A stretch of 64,000 nt of DNA from Raillietiella orientalis (taxonomy: Eukaryota), in assembly GCA_036172245.1 (NCBI GenBank), contig JAYWIR010000053.1, positions 682,001 to 746,000 of the forward strand. Reading direction: 5' to 3'. A program made the position numbers and the translations under genes. The notes beneath the pieces are model-generated. The model was not told where the DNA came from, did not search any database, and saw only the letters and a program-made list of their open reading frames with translations. Positions 13,501 to 26,345 of the stretch are shown here, one piece after another; positions within the stretch are counted from its first letter, which is position 1, and each line of letters opens with the position of its first letter.

Positions 13501-14922
13501 ATCCTGCGGGCGCTGCCTAAGATACTGAGTCGCGTTGGAGGAGGAAGGAAAAGGATGATTCTTTTCGCTTCCCGAAACGTCACCTACGTGCGGCTGATCC
13601 GGCAGCTTCGCCCGAGTTATGACAGAAGGCAGAGGACCGGAAGCGCTTGTCGTGGTCCAGCTTGAGGACTCTCCGCGCTGGAGACTTTCGCCAACGCGTC
13701 TGGGAACTCTTCGGCATCTTCAAGCAAAGACGCTTCTGACGTTGAGAAATTTTGCATGCGCCTCGCTACTTCGGGCGGTCTTTCCCCTTCTGCCAGAACT
13801 CCTCCTTTATCTTCCGGCACCTCCTTCCCCCCCACAATTCCGTACTTTCGGAGCCCTGGTGTAAAAGGAATGCAAAGAGGAGGAGGAAGCAACGGGACTC
13901 TCATGAAAATGTTGCCGCACGAAAATTTCTCCCTTCCCACAATTCCTTGCCGGACTTCGCCGAAGAGGGTTGCCTTGCTGACAGCATCCTCCGATCGTCG
14001 GGGAAGGAAACGAGAGAGAAAGCTAGACGAGGACGCGTAGGCCCCACCACACGCTTCCGGCAGCCCGGGGCTGCCCAAAATGGGCGTACCAGGATGCAAA
14101 AGGGGAGCAGCAAGAAAGCACGGATTCCGCCTTTTCGGAGTGAGCGCCGGGAAAGTCCAGTTTCCAGAAAGAAGGCTCCCTGCATTCAGGAAAAAACAGG
14201 AAATGAGGATGACGCTAAAGAGGGTGATGGGAAGAAAAAGGGTGCTGAGTAGACTGAGGTCGAATAGGGTGACGTTGTAGGAGGGAACGGAGACCAGTCT
14301 TCAGCTTGCAGCGGCCAGCTGGCCACACCCCTCGCCTCGCTCAAGCATTGGCGCCTCTTTCTCCCCGGGAGAGAGAGGGCCGTCCCTCGGCGAGGCTTTC
14401 CGTAGTCGCTCCGCGGACACGACCTGCGCCACGCTCTAGGTCGGTCGCGCGAGAGGAGGCCGCCGATTGAGCGGCTCGTGCGCGTCTGGCGGCGAATTGA
14501 GGGATGCGCCGCTGCAGCTCACACGACGTATGCAGCTTTCATCTCTGGGATCGCGAGTGACGACGCCCCGGAGGGCGACCTGCGGAGGGAAGGGCAGGAC
14601 TACTTTTGCAACCGCCCAACCGGCCCATCCTGGCAGCCATCCACATCGGAGAGAGCAAGGGCGAGCTAGATTCACGGACAGCACCCGCGATTCAGGGGGT
14701 GGTTGTGCCGCAGCAACGGCGTACATTGTACGAGACCAACTGTGGGTTGGCAAGCCCGGAGATCCAGGTGTGCTCGCCGCCCTCCTTCGTCCCCTTCCCA
14801 CTCCGCGAAAGAAGGTATCCCTACTGGCATCCGGAGTGGAACGGTATCAAAGAAGCTGCGCTCCCACCGCGATCCTCTCAGCATGGGAACCGAGATCGAG
14901 AAGTCGCAGCTGCAGGCGGTTG

Positions 14923-14928
14923 TTTATT
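14923..14928 (-). terminator. candidate robo polyadenylation signal AATAAA
   Basis: First minus-strand AATAAA I found downstream of the stop (about 850 nt); further ones near 12599-12612. No transcript evidence. Confidence 0.25.
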
Positions 14929-15772
14929 TAGCACGCGAAGCGTCCCTTTCTCCCTTGGAGACCCGAAACATCCGAGCGCAGCATGCCTCCCGGCCCACGG
15001 GCCCAGTAGCAGTTCGTCCAGAAAAAGAGGCGAACGATAAGCATCGTGCCGATATCCGCCCTCCGGCGGTAGTCCAGACAGCCGCACGAATGGACCTTGT
15101 GCAAGAGGTTTGGTCGCTGCGCGGAAGCATCGATCTTCGGATCGATGTCGCGGAGCTCGCAAGCAGCGTTGCCAAGCGCAGGAAAGTGAAAGTGGAGGAT
15201 CTGTGCGCAGGCGTAGGGCGGAAGAGGGAGAGCTGACGGATGGCCGTCAAACGGCAACCCTCAGACGGGAAGACGCGGTTCCTAGCTCGGCGACACGGCA
15301 GTCCGGCAGCACAATGCAAGCAGAAGCGCTGAAGAAAAGCAGTGATGCGCTGGATGCAAGCTGCGGGAAGCGGCGGCTGGTCGTCAAGGGGTGGCGCTGA
15401 ATGCGCAAGGGGAGAAGAAGCGTTGTTAGGGGGCAAACGGTTCTATCGGGATGGCAATGGAGGCATCACTGGAGAGCGAACCGAGGCCGTCGCCTCTTAG
15501 TCCGCTTTTTTTGTCCTTCGCAGCCCCCTTTTCCAGTGTTGGCGCTGCTGACGAAAACACCGTGAGCCGCACGGCTGACTGACTCTCCCGCACCGGCATT
15601 CCCGAAGATGCTCGCTCGCGTGCGAGATCGGCAAAGCTGACGTAACGGATTTCCCTACGTGGCCACCCGTGTTGTCGGAAGCGATAAAGAAGGGTTTCCT
15701 GCCCGGGACTCTTCGCTTCCCCGGTCCACACCCCAAGGGTCACAGTTGTGTTCCCGCGGCACTCCAGCGACG

Positions 15773-16231
15773 CTACAGTGAGGTTTGCCCGAACGGTTTT
15801 TTCGGGGAACAGAGAGGCATGCCGAACCAACCTGTCTTTCTGACGTCGCCGAACCTCAGGCTTTCTGACACGAGGCTCGGGAGTGAAGACTGGATTTCTT
15901 TGTCTATCTGATCGAATGATCCGTCAGAGGACAGTTCCTCCTCGTCCTTGTTCCGGGAAAACACCTTGCCCGACTGTGCCTCGTTCGGGATGGAGGAAAA
16001 GCTCTCGTAGATGTTGGAATCGTTCCTGCTGTGGCCCAGGTAAAAGTTTCGCGGCCTGCTCTTCAGGTTGGGAGCGCTCGTCTGCATTTCGTTCTCTTCA
16101 GAGCCATAAGTGTGTTGGGAGGCAGCCGACAGCAGCGCGTCGCTCTGAGACTTGCTGCCTCTTTTCTGATCCTCGTTATACAGTTTCCTAACGCTGGGAG
16201 ATGACCTCCGGTCTATGCCGTTTGGTTTCCG
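15773..16231 (-). CDS. robo: Robo exon 13, probable terminal coding exon
   Basis: Polypyrimidine acceptor ctctctctcctag, phase 0, 153 open codons RKPNGIDRRSSPSVRKLYNED...NIYESFSS...KPFGQTSL then TAG; S/E-rich, as expected for a disordered tail. Confidence 0.72.
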   Translation of the reverse strand, partial: RKPNGIDRRSSPSVRKLYNEDQKRGSKSQSDALLSAASQHTYGSEENEMQTSAPNLKSRPRNFYLGHSRNDSNIYESFSSIPNEAQSGKVFSRNKDEEELSSDGSFDQIDKEIQSSLPSLVSESLRFGDVRKTGWFGMPLCSPKKPFGQTSL

Positions 16232-19200
16232 CTAGGAGAGAGAGGGAGAGAGGAAACTTTCAGTTTCATCGTCTTACAGTTCCGCGTGTGTCTCGCGAAG
16301 TGTTCAGGACACTTGATTTCCGAGCGCACGTAATGTCTTCGGATTCAGCGGGAGGGAGGGGAAACATTGCGTTCGTTTCGCAGTCATACACAAACAGACA
16401 CTTAGTCGACCGAATAGCATGCAACTGAGAAGCTCACAGATATCCCCGCAGTTTTTTTTAATTAGGTCTCCTGTAACCTGGACTCCAGCTGGGATTTCCG
16501 CTGATAGCCGTCTGTAAACGCGCCGGCTATTCCAGAGCTCCGCAGGCATGAGAACGCACGGAGGAACAACAAAACTTGGAATTTCCGACCAGGGCGCCAC
16601 CGCCTCTCAGCACAAAGAATAGCGGACGGCCACTCAACTCACCAAGAAAAATGCCAATGTTGAAAACAGATAGCGAAAAAAAAAAAAAAAAACGCAATGC
16701 TTAATTAAAAAGTTTATAATCTCTAAATGCACACATATTCCTTTAATGAATGCAGTTAGCTAAGAAAGCTCTCTCCCTTCAGCGTTTTCTCACAGTGAAT
16801 CCAATTTTAGATTCCGACAAAGGACAGACGCAACAATGTGCAATTCGAGCGCAAACCGCCCTGCAATAATAAACGGATCGCAATTTAGCCTACGTGCAAC
16901 AATGGCTGTACGTACGTAGGCCCGAATGGCAACTGCAAAAGGGAAATTCGTTTATGCATGACGTGCCGCCGATAATGGCTCCTAGCCATCGCGACTCGCG
17001 TAAAGACAAGTCACACGGCACATTAACGAGCACAGAGGTCATGCGCACTCTTCAGATGAAGAGTGGACTTCATCGATCGCATGATCATTAATCTTCAAAG
17101 TTTGGATGTGACTAAGGATCCGTACGACTTTCCTACCATGGGCGTGGGACTCGTCGCTATTTGTTCCGTAGAACATCAAACTCCGATACCCGTGTCGTGG
17201 AGAACCCATTCCGTGTGTTGGGTTATGTAAACGCACGTTATGAAGGAGTGTAGCTTTTCGTCTTCCTGATGCTGCATAAAAGCGATCACCCAGGAAGGCT
17301 ACGGGAGCGCGCCTATGCCCTCCCTGGAGTTCACTTAGGGGTTTCACGGACCCCGAACTCAGGAGCAAGACTTTTTCTTTCGCAATAGTATACTGATAAG
17401 CAAAAGAGCCTCTACAGAAGTGCTTGTTTACTTGAGGAATCTTAGCGAATTCAGAATGGTGAAGAAGAATGTGACGCGACATTTACATTACGTTTTCCCT
17501 TTAATGTGTTTCACCCTACAAGTTTGTAGAATGATGGGCCCTATTTCCACCGTCAATGCAGCACTGGGAAATCAGGAACGGGGGGCAGTTGGTTTGCGTT
17601 GGCGAGCGCGACGTACCTTTTTCATGTATTCAACTTTTCTCGCGCATGAGGATTCGCGATGGGCGAAACTGCTTGATATTAGCAGGAATTTTAGTGCACG
17701 CATCCATGAGGCGGTTATGACATCCGGGCGAATGAATCCGAACGCCCTCTTTTTCAAAAGAAAAGAAAAGAGCTCGAGGAAACGCGATTCTTCCGTGTGG
17801 ACACGAATGATGTATCAAGATGGTGGCGGTCAAGCAGAATTCGTGCCACGTTGTAAAAGGAAAGCCCCAAGATTCAGTTATCAATCAACTTCCGAATTTA
17901 ATAATGAAAATAATAATAAAAAGAAGAAAAAGCTAATCGTGAGAAGTACTGCGAGCGTGCTCTTCGCCTGCTTGGAGTGTTTGCGGATCTGTGCTTTCAG
18001 AAAAAAGAACAAAAATCAGCGAGAACATAATGAATACGACAAACCATTTCCTATTGGTCATTCGCCTTACAGAAATCATCGAGAGATGCGCTCGCTCTGA
18101 GCATCCATCGACGCAAAGATGTAAGACCAGGCAACTTGGAAGATTTCCCAATTATAGACGAATCCACTCGGACTTCGACGCTCTTCCGCTTGTTTCTTTG
18201 AGAGCCATCCTTAAACACGTGGCCGCCGACATGCTTATCATCTTCCTCAGATGAGGAGATGCTCTGTGGAGCAAAGCTTCAAGCTGGAATCTTTTGGTGC
18301 TGCATCACGGATGCTCTCCTTGACCTCTTCTTGAGCTTGCAAACAAATAACTTGCAAACTCGTTTCTCTTTCGCCAGCCCCCGCCAACGCCGTTTTCCCA
18401 CCTCCAGAGATTCGGTTCTCATCCACTTCCTTCTTGAAGGTTTGGCTTCAAGAAGGAAGCTTTCGGTTGTCCGTTCTGAGCAGCGCATGGTGGACGGCCT
18501 CTGGGATTCTAGGAATTGGGATAAAGGCAGTTGAGGGATCGAGGCGTAGGAAGGCAACGAATCGCGTGATCCCCAGGGCTAAAATAAATCCGAATTCATC
18601 CGGGCAGCAGCGCCGTTGCTTCTGCAGGGACCACTCTTGTTGAAGAGAACCAGTCCACTCTTCTTTCTCAGAGGAAGAGCGGTTCGAGAGGAAGCACAGT
18701 TTTCTAAGGTTTCCTCAATCGACTCCCTCGGAGAGGACACTGCTGTGGGTGGTTTCCACGAAACCAGTCAGGCTGCTGAAGAACGAAGTTCTTCCCTTCG
18801 CAGCTTGCCGATTCCTTTTGTCAAGAGAATCCGGGCAGACCCTCCGTCGACGGTCGCTTCGGCTGCTGAAAGGCGGCTTGCCGGGGATGTGCTTTACCGG
18901 AAGTTCCCGAAGATCGTCGACTCGCTCCAGATGCACACAGAGGAGAGGAGCGAGCCGGCTGCTTTCGTCACTGCCCGGTTCGGTTCGGCGGTCTGGAATG
19001 CCACTGCCCCAGGCGCTGCAAGACAGCCTGAGGGCTGTAGCCTCAGATGGATTGGGGAGGCGTTAAAAATTTTTTGCCACGCCTCTTTCTTTGGCTTCTC
19101 CTGTAGGATCTCCGAATGACCTACCTCGGGGCATGTTGCTGAGAGTATACATAGCGAGAGAGATCCATGAGCACTTAATTGTGACGCATGTACATAAGGA

Positions 19201-19874
19201 TGCACGCAGGTGTAATAAAATATATAAAGGAAGGTCATTCAGGAATACCCAAGCGTCACCATCCTGAACGATCCCTCTGGAGCAAGGAAATTCAGCGTCG
19301 CAAACGACAAAAGAATCTCCCATTCTCTGTTTTTTTTCCTTGTGACCCATTTCGGAGAATCCGTTTTTGCCCCCCTGCCGCCTCGAATTTGATGTTGCCT
19401 TGTCCTCCGGAGAAAGACATTGTCTTCTTCCCCACCAAAACTCTGGACTTCCAGCAGCTTTCGGCTCCCCGCCGTTTGCGCTCGAGCACGAAGGCGGGGT
19501 GTCGGGGCTGAGCAGGTGACCCCGGATCAAGAGTGGGGCAACCACTCGTGGCCACGACCCCGAGAAGCTGTCCCTGAGTCTGCCGGTAGCTGCCCGATCT
19601 TTCAGGCAGCACGCAGGAGCTGCAAGCGTGCCCTTAAATCCCGTCTTCCCCCTCTGCTTTGAAGGTCCAGCGAAAGAATGGAGGTAGAGCCGTGGCAACG
19701 CGTGGCCTTTGGAGAGGCCTCGGTAGAAGTGCCACTCGGAACTAGCAGCCGAAGAGGAAGTCGTTTTAGGTTCTTCTGTTCTCGCTGCTGTCCTTTCATT
19801 TTTTTTTCCTTCCTTTTTTTTAGGCGCGCTATGTGCTGGAGCACTGTCCGGCTCCTTGCAGGATACTCCTTTAA

Positions 19875-20505
19875 TTCTGTCCACATCATCCGAGGGTGCG
19901 TGTCATTCTTCAGGTTATAGGGGGTGACCCAGAAGGGACCATCTTGTGAATCCAGGAAGGATCCGGAGGAAGGAGGTCCGTCCCTCTCACGCTTGGGAGG
20001 GAACCCCGAGGGAACCCTCGCGCTGGTTGTCTCCGAAGGGAACCTCTCCCTTACTCTCTCCAGATGGATCTCCCGGAGAGGATGGGCTTCTGGAATTTCC
20101 CCTCTTCTGAAGAGGACGCTTTAAAAGGACGCTTCTGAAGGGCACTCCACGAAGGGCGCAGCGCGCTGCTGATACTCTGGAGAGGTGACTCCCTGAGGGG
20201 TGTCAACCAGCTCCACGTCTCCCTTTTCACAACCCGAGGGCACCCCGAAGGGCTCCTTAATTCCTGCAAGGACCCCCGAGGGTCACTTCAACTTCGATCC
20301 CGGTCAGTTAACGGGGGCATCCGGCTTCCACCCAGTATGGCTCCCAAAGCCACCCCGGGGGCAAGCAGCGCCATCCTGCAAGGAAAACTCGAAACCCGCG
20401 ACGCACTGACCATTTCACGCGGTCGACCCTTCCTCCGGATGGAATTCGAACCCACGACGCTTGGTGCCATTCGTGGAGGAGGCCGCAGCCATGCGGCCGC
20501 CTACG
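19875..20505 (-). mobile_element. SINE-like family A copy
   Basis: Revcomp reads GCATGGCTGCGGCC...CGTCGTGGGTTCGAATTCC...GTGCGTCGCGGGTTTCGAG...GGAAGCCGGATGCCCCCG, then subrepeats and tail. Confidence 0.7.
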
Positions 20506-21011
20506 CGGGTAGCAAGCGAGTGGGTCGCGTGACGTCCTACGTTCCGTTTCTTTGTCCGCTTCATCTGCGGCTTAAGAATTCCCCTCGGGACGCGTGCACC
20601 CGATGCGGTGAGGATGCCCTCTGGGGCGGCTCTTCCCTTCCCCGGAAGTAGCGGCCCCCCTGCCGGAGACTCGGGAGGCAGTTAAGGGGCGACTGCGGGC
20701 TAGGGAGCACCTCGAGAAAATCCTGCAGGGAGCCGCACGCTGCCGGAGGGAACGAGCCTTCCGAGGTGGCAAGCGAGGTGCGAGGTCCACGCCGCCCGGT
20801 TCGCACCGTGGAATCGGGTCCCCGGGAATGCTGGCGCATGGTCTGCCCACAGGCAGCCTGTGCGCGGTTGCGGAAGACGAGGGAAGTGGACGGACCGCTC
20901 CCAGACGGGCGAAGAGCGGAAGACGATTTTCGCTCTCCCTGGAAGCGCGGCGAGGGCTCGCTTCCGGGAAGGAATCGGAAAACCGCCTGAAGCCGCTGCT
21001 CTTCGACTCAC

Positions 21012-21223
21012 CTTGCGGAAGACGGTCCACGTGTTCAGGTTCTTGGTGCGGATGTAGTCGGAGAGCGAGTTCTCCCCGGAGGGGGGCGGCTCACTGGGAG
21101 GAGGCGGGAAGACGTGGGTAACGTTGATCATGCGGTCCTGGAAGGCGTCGTCCTGGTAACTCCTGCTGAACTTGGACGAGATCTTGTCGTTCAGGTATTT
21201 CATCCCCTTTTTAATCTTCAGGC
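21012..21223 (-). CDS. robo: Robo exon 12, cytoplasmic, CC2 proline motif
   Basis: GLKIKKGMKYLNDK...MINVTHVFPPPPSEPPPSGE...TVFRK; acceptor ccttccag, donor AAG|GTGAGT; phase 1/0. Confidence 0.83.
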
Positions 21224-23750
21224 CTGGAAGGACAGCGCGCGGGACCGTCAGATTCCTTCCCCCTGAGTCTCGCGGGGTCCCCCGAAGCGCCCCATTTTTC
21301 CCCGACAACGTCGCGGAGGGGCAACCGAGGCGGCCGCGAGATGCGCGGACGCTCGTGTCCTGGAGGACGGCCAACGGTTGTTCGGCCGGTTCAGCGTTTG
21401 CAGGACCCCGCCGTTTTCCCCCGAACGCTCCCTTCCCTTCAGCGGGACGCGCCGGGATCACGAAGGATGAGCGTTGCCCCCACCTCGTCCGCCCAGAGAT
21501 CGCGGAAGAAAATTGGTTGATTGGGCAACGACGACCCGTGCAACGTTGTCTGGTCTCCTTCCCCCCCTTACCCGAGGAAGACGATGCCATACGCTACAGA
21601 GTGGAACTTTTCTTCAGGAAGGTCCTCCGACCATCCTGAGGTGCCGTCGCGGGCCACCTTTTTCGCCCCACCGTCCGGCGCGCAGTACTGCTTGCAGACC
21701 GTCATTCGGTGCACAGAGCCCACACTCCCGACGCCTTGCGAACCGCATTACTTCCACCCTCAATCCATGCCCCGGACACGCCCAAGGAGCATTCCTCTTT
21801 CTTCCAGCGGTCTCCCCCCTTCTGCGCACCCCTTTGTCTCGCTTCCCGCCTCGGCGGAATTCCGTTCGCCGAGGCGTCTCCCATTTCTCATGGCTTTCAC
21901 CCTGAGCCCGCAGGGTTGATGCCTAATTTATCCCCCAATTACTGACCCCGTGACCTCGAGACCACTCTTTGCGGTGCGGCCCAGCGAGCGCTCGCATCTT
22001 CCTCTCCCATCCGAGAGAACCGCATCCCCCGCCTTCCTTCCCGACGACACCACTCCCGTCCTCGCTCTCACCGGAGCGGCCGCTGCAGAAAGGCTGCTCT
22101 CTGACGTCACGACCAGGGACGCGTCCTTCCGCGTTCGTCAGGCCCCCAGTGTAAACAAGTAGAGCTCCGGTTGCACGAGGAGCGCGGGAAGGGTAATTAC
22201 AAGAAAAACAGTCAGCAGAGCCGGCCCGAAGCGACGAATTCATTTGCCGCGCACCCTGCGGGGCAAAGACGGACGAGGCGCCGCCGACGCGGACGGCGAT
22301 GCGAGGCCCAAGCAATCGGGGGATCGAGGGGGCCTTCCGGAGCGGAGTTTTCGTGCCCGCGACCTAATCCTGCGCGGAGGGATGGCCGCCCCTCGCGCCG
22401 CTCTGCGCCGCCATAAAAGGATGCACCACTCTATCATAGACCACAGCCTTCCGACGACGTCCGTCCTCGCGGTCGCCGTCTCCTCGCCGAGAACGACAGA
22501 GCGCACGCGAAGGTCAGAGCTGCAAGACTATGACGCGGAACGGCGGCACCCGACGCAGCCGGGCCAAACCGAGAGCGGGGCTGTCTGAAAATCAGGCAAG
22601 CAAGCCGGGAGCGGTGACGCAAAAACAGAAATAATCCCGCCGAGGAGCGGGAAGCAACGGGTTCGAATCCAAGCGGCTCAGCAGTCCGGTGGAGACGACG
22701 GAGCGCCTTGCGCGCAGCAATGCGTTTAGGCGCTCGCGGAAAAGCGCTCGCACACACGCGACTCGGTGGAGAAAATCCCTCGTCGACGAGCTGAAGACCG
22801 CGGGTTCGAATCCCGACGACATAGCCCGGCGGCGAAGCGCTCGCCGCGCGACAGGCTCGAGCGTGACTCCGTGAAAGGATACAAAAAGCTCCCCTCCCTC
22901 CACACCTGCAAGAAAACGCAACTAAAGAAGCGGCCCATCGGTGCACGGGCAAAAGGGCTCCTCGGAGATTGGTTCCCATGGGGATCACCTTTAATTTCGG
23001 AAAGGAACGGGAAGTTCATTTCCTCCGCCTCCCCCCTTTGTGCTCGTCGGGAGCGCTTCGCGAGAAGAGGTGCCCCCAGTAACTGCTGCCGCAATCGCCT
23101 CCGCAGGGCCTGTGGATGCCAGAGTCCTTCGCGTCGGGTCAGGGGCGCCAAGTCGGGCGAATCACTGTGAAGGAACGGGAGGCGGCCTTCGTTCGGGGAC
23201 GTAAGGGAACAGATCCAGCGAGACCCGGTATGATTGATGACGGAACTAAATGGGGCGATTAGTGCAGAGGGGGGAACTGATTAGCTGCAGGTGCGCATCC
23301 GCTGTCTTTCCGTGGGCTGCGTGTCTGCGTAGCGAATGGGGCGCTGAGTAGCGGGAGGGTTCCGTCCCCCGAGACGGGGAGGCTGAGGTGCATCCCCGAT
23401 TTCGATTCCCGGGGAGTCGCGCAACGGACGCGCTCTCGAAGCCAAGGGGGAGGGACCTGTGTGACGGCGTTGCGAGCGGGGGGACGCATCGCCCTCCACT
23501 CCCGGGGGGCGATGCGTCCCCCGGGAGCGGCGCGAGCGATCTGGAGCAAATCGATGCGACCGCTAACGCAGCTCGTCAAGAAAGGCCGCGAAGAATTTCC
23601 GATGCTTCCGCGCGAGGCGGCGGGCGGAGGACGCCGCATGAGAAAGTCAGCTGACCCGGGAACGCATACGCCTTTCACGCGGCGGAACACGACGTTTCGA
23701 GTGGGTGGGGCTGTCGCCCAGGATGACGTGGCCATCGAAGAGGCCTTCAG

Positions 23751-23947
23751 TGCGAAGAGAGGGAGTTCTCGATGCCCTGGGGGCGTCGGGGTTTGCGCCC
23801 TTGGAACGCGCACCACTTCCGGGACGCATAGACCGGGAGCAGTAGCTGGGGCAGGGGCGTCGAGGACCGGCGGCCCAGTCAGGGTAGGAGACGCAGCGGA
23901 GGAGCTGGAACAGTGCTCGCTCACTTCCCTCCGGCAGCGGCACCCCG
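23751..23947. repeat. dispersed repeat B, copy 1 (other copy 61507-61710)
   Basis: About 200 bp alignable in direct orientation, with 47 identical bp (23804-23850 = 61568-61614). Confidence 0.85.
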
Positions 23948-25427
23948 CAGACATGGATCGTATGCTCTGCGGCTCGTCCACCTCGGAGACGTCCTCGCCA
24001 CGGGGCACCGTAGGTTCCTCGCCGCGGGAAGGGTGCGCGTACGGCGGTTTCAAGGAGAGGCGACGAGAGGGGGCGGCAGGTCGGCGCCCGCGGGGAGGCT
24101 GCGGCTGGAGAAAACCGGTCATCCCGTGGACGAGGAGTCGCCGTGGCACGTGCACGTGGCCGGCGCTTCCGACGCTTTTGGACTGCAACGTGCTTCGCAC
24201 GGGGGAAGGCGACCGCAAGGTCCGTTCTCACAAAGTCGCTGGACGGCGGCTGCTCGGTAGCAGGGCGAGCTGGACCAACACGGCGTCAGGTCGAGGTCCA
24301 TCCGCGTCGTGGCGGCGGCGGGATGCATGCGGGAGGAATCCGCTCCTTGGTCCGCTAGAGAGACGGTCAGTTCCTTCGCAGCATATCGATCCGTGCCTGA
24401 CCCCGCCCCATGAGGCCTGCACCGGTCCTCCTACGTTATGGAGGAAGCCCCCCGCAAGGTGACGACACTGGCAGCGGGTTTCGGATGCTGCCCCCCCTTT
24501 CCCGCATCTCCACGGGGACCCATCCCTGCCACTCGAATTCCGGCCGACGGGACTCCTGTGGGGCCGAGGCCGCCTCTTCGACCAGGCGCCAGGGGATGCC
24601 TGCCGCGACTCTGCGGAGAAACCTCGGTGGGCGTGCATACCCACATGGTCAATCGGGAGAGGAAGAAGGCAAACGAGCGTCCCGAGAGCGGTGGGGATGC
24701 GCGTGCGGTGGAGATTTGTCTCCCCATGCCGTCCTGTGGGTGTGTGAGCGGGACAGCGTGGGAGGATGCGCTGCGCTTCGGATGGCACTTCTCCTTTGCC
24801 ACTTTCGTCTGCAGGAGAGGACGATGGGTTCGAATCCTGGCAACGAGCGAGGGAAGGGATCTCTTGCTGGCTCGTCCTCAGTTCCCACTGCGGCAGCGAA
24901 ATCCCCTGGTGCACTTTGGCCTGCCACCCAACCAGCATCCGGAGAGAAGCGCCCCACGGTACCACGGTGCCGTCCGGTTTTGGCCTTCGAACGCACCAGG
25001 CCCTCCGCGCTTCGACGCAGCAGAGTGCGCCTCCGGTCAGCGAACGAACCGGTTTCTTCGAAGCATGGCGTCATCCCTCGCGCCGTGGCGAGCCACTACC
25101 AGAGTAAGCCTCACCCACGGTCACGGGCCGCGTCCGCAAGAGATCCGCGCCAAGCAAACAGACGGGAGGCCACGCTCCTCATCTTCCAGGCTGGACGCTG
25201 GACCTTGGATCCGTTTCGCCTAGGCAGTTGTGCCTCTTCGGAGACGACGGACTCTCCTACTTCTGGAGAACCGGGAAGAAAGGAAATGAGCCGTCTGGAC
25301 CGCCCGTTACGATCAGCAAGGAGTCAGCGACACGGAGCCCTTCTATCCGCCCGCTCGTCACGTGATAATGTCAGTAAGCAAACATCCAATTTTCCCCAGT
25401 GGAGGGGGAAGCTCCAGATCATCTGAC

Positions 25428-25928
25428 CTTGTGCCGGGAGGATGCTGTAGACTTTTCCCGGGGAGAGCACAAACTCGGATCGGTTCTTCTCCTGGATGCT
25501 GTCGCTTCCGCGCTGCGGGTAGATGAATATGGCGGACTCCTTCGGAGGAGAAAAGGGCTGAAGGTCAAGGTCGAAGAGAGGCAGGGGGTCGAGAAGCAGG
25601 GGCGCAGAGATGCTTGCCTTGGACGGAGAGCGGGAGAGTTGCATGAAGTTTGGGGTCACGAGAGTCGTGGTGGCGTACGGCCCCGGGTTCTTCTCGCTGG
25701 GGTTGTAGAATACTGTCAGCCCGTTCTCCGGCGGAGGGCGGTGGATGGCCAGGCCGGAGGAGTGGACAAAGCTGTTGCCGCCGGCACCCGCTCCCCCGCC
25801 TGCGCTCACGGGGGCGGAAGCGAGGCTGCCGTCCCGGGTTTCGACGCAGGTCCAGGCGGGGTGGTGGCCATCGATCCACAGGCATTCCTTGGTGTTCAGT
25901 GACAGCTCCCCGCTTTTGTTCGAGGACA
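25428..25928 (-). CDS. robo: Robo exon 11, cytoplasmic, CC1 motif (may be split by a 60-nt GC-AG intron)
   Basis: VSSNKSGELSLNTKECLWID...LTVFYNPSEKNPGPYATTTLV (PYATT = CC1); acceptor cttccgttccag, donor G|GTCAGA; phase 1/1. Confidence 0.85.
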
Positions 25929-26345
25929 CTGGAACGGAAGAAGCCGAGGATGACCGAGGGCTCACCTCGCGCAAGGGCGGGGGCGAGTCTGGCGGCCGAG
26001 ATGTGGGAAAGAGCTAAGGCCTGTAGGTCCCGGTCGTGAGAGGATGGCTTTCCGGTCAGCGGGATGCTCCAGGTTGTGACGAAGCGTGCTCTCAAGAAGG
26101 CGCAGGCGCCTCAGGCTGTCACCTCGCGACCGCCGATGGGTCCCTTTTTCGTTTACTCATTCGGCGACGTCGTGGAACCTGGTCTTCCCACAGCCGCGCG
26201 CCTCTCCTCGATGACACAGTCGGCCACGCAGGCACATAAGGTCATAGTGACATCACATCCCCGTTGAGAAGCCTCTTCGTTCCGCGTTCAGGGAGGATGG
26301 AATTTTCCACTCTTTATCATCCTTTTTTATCATCAGCATTTTTGC

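Noticed and set aside
18715..19035. Possible extra robo exon in intron 12
   Set aside because: The phase-0 frame after the CAG at 19035 stops at 18894, there are no Robo motifs, and exon 12 already joins exon 13 in phase.
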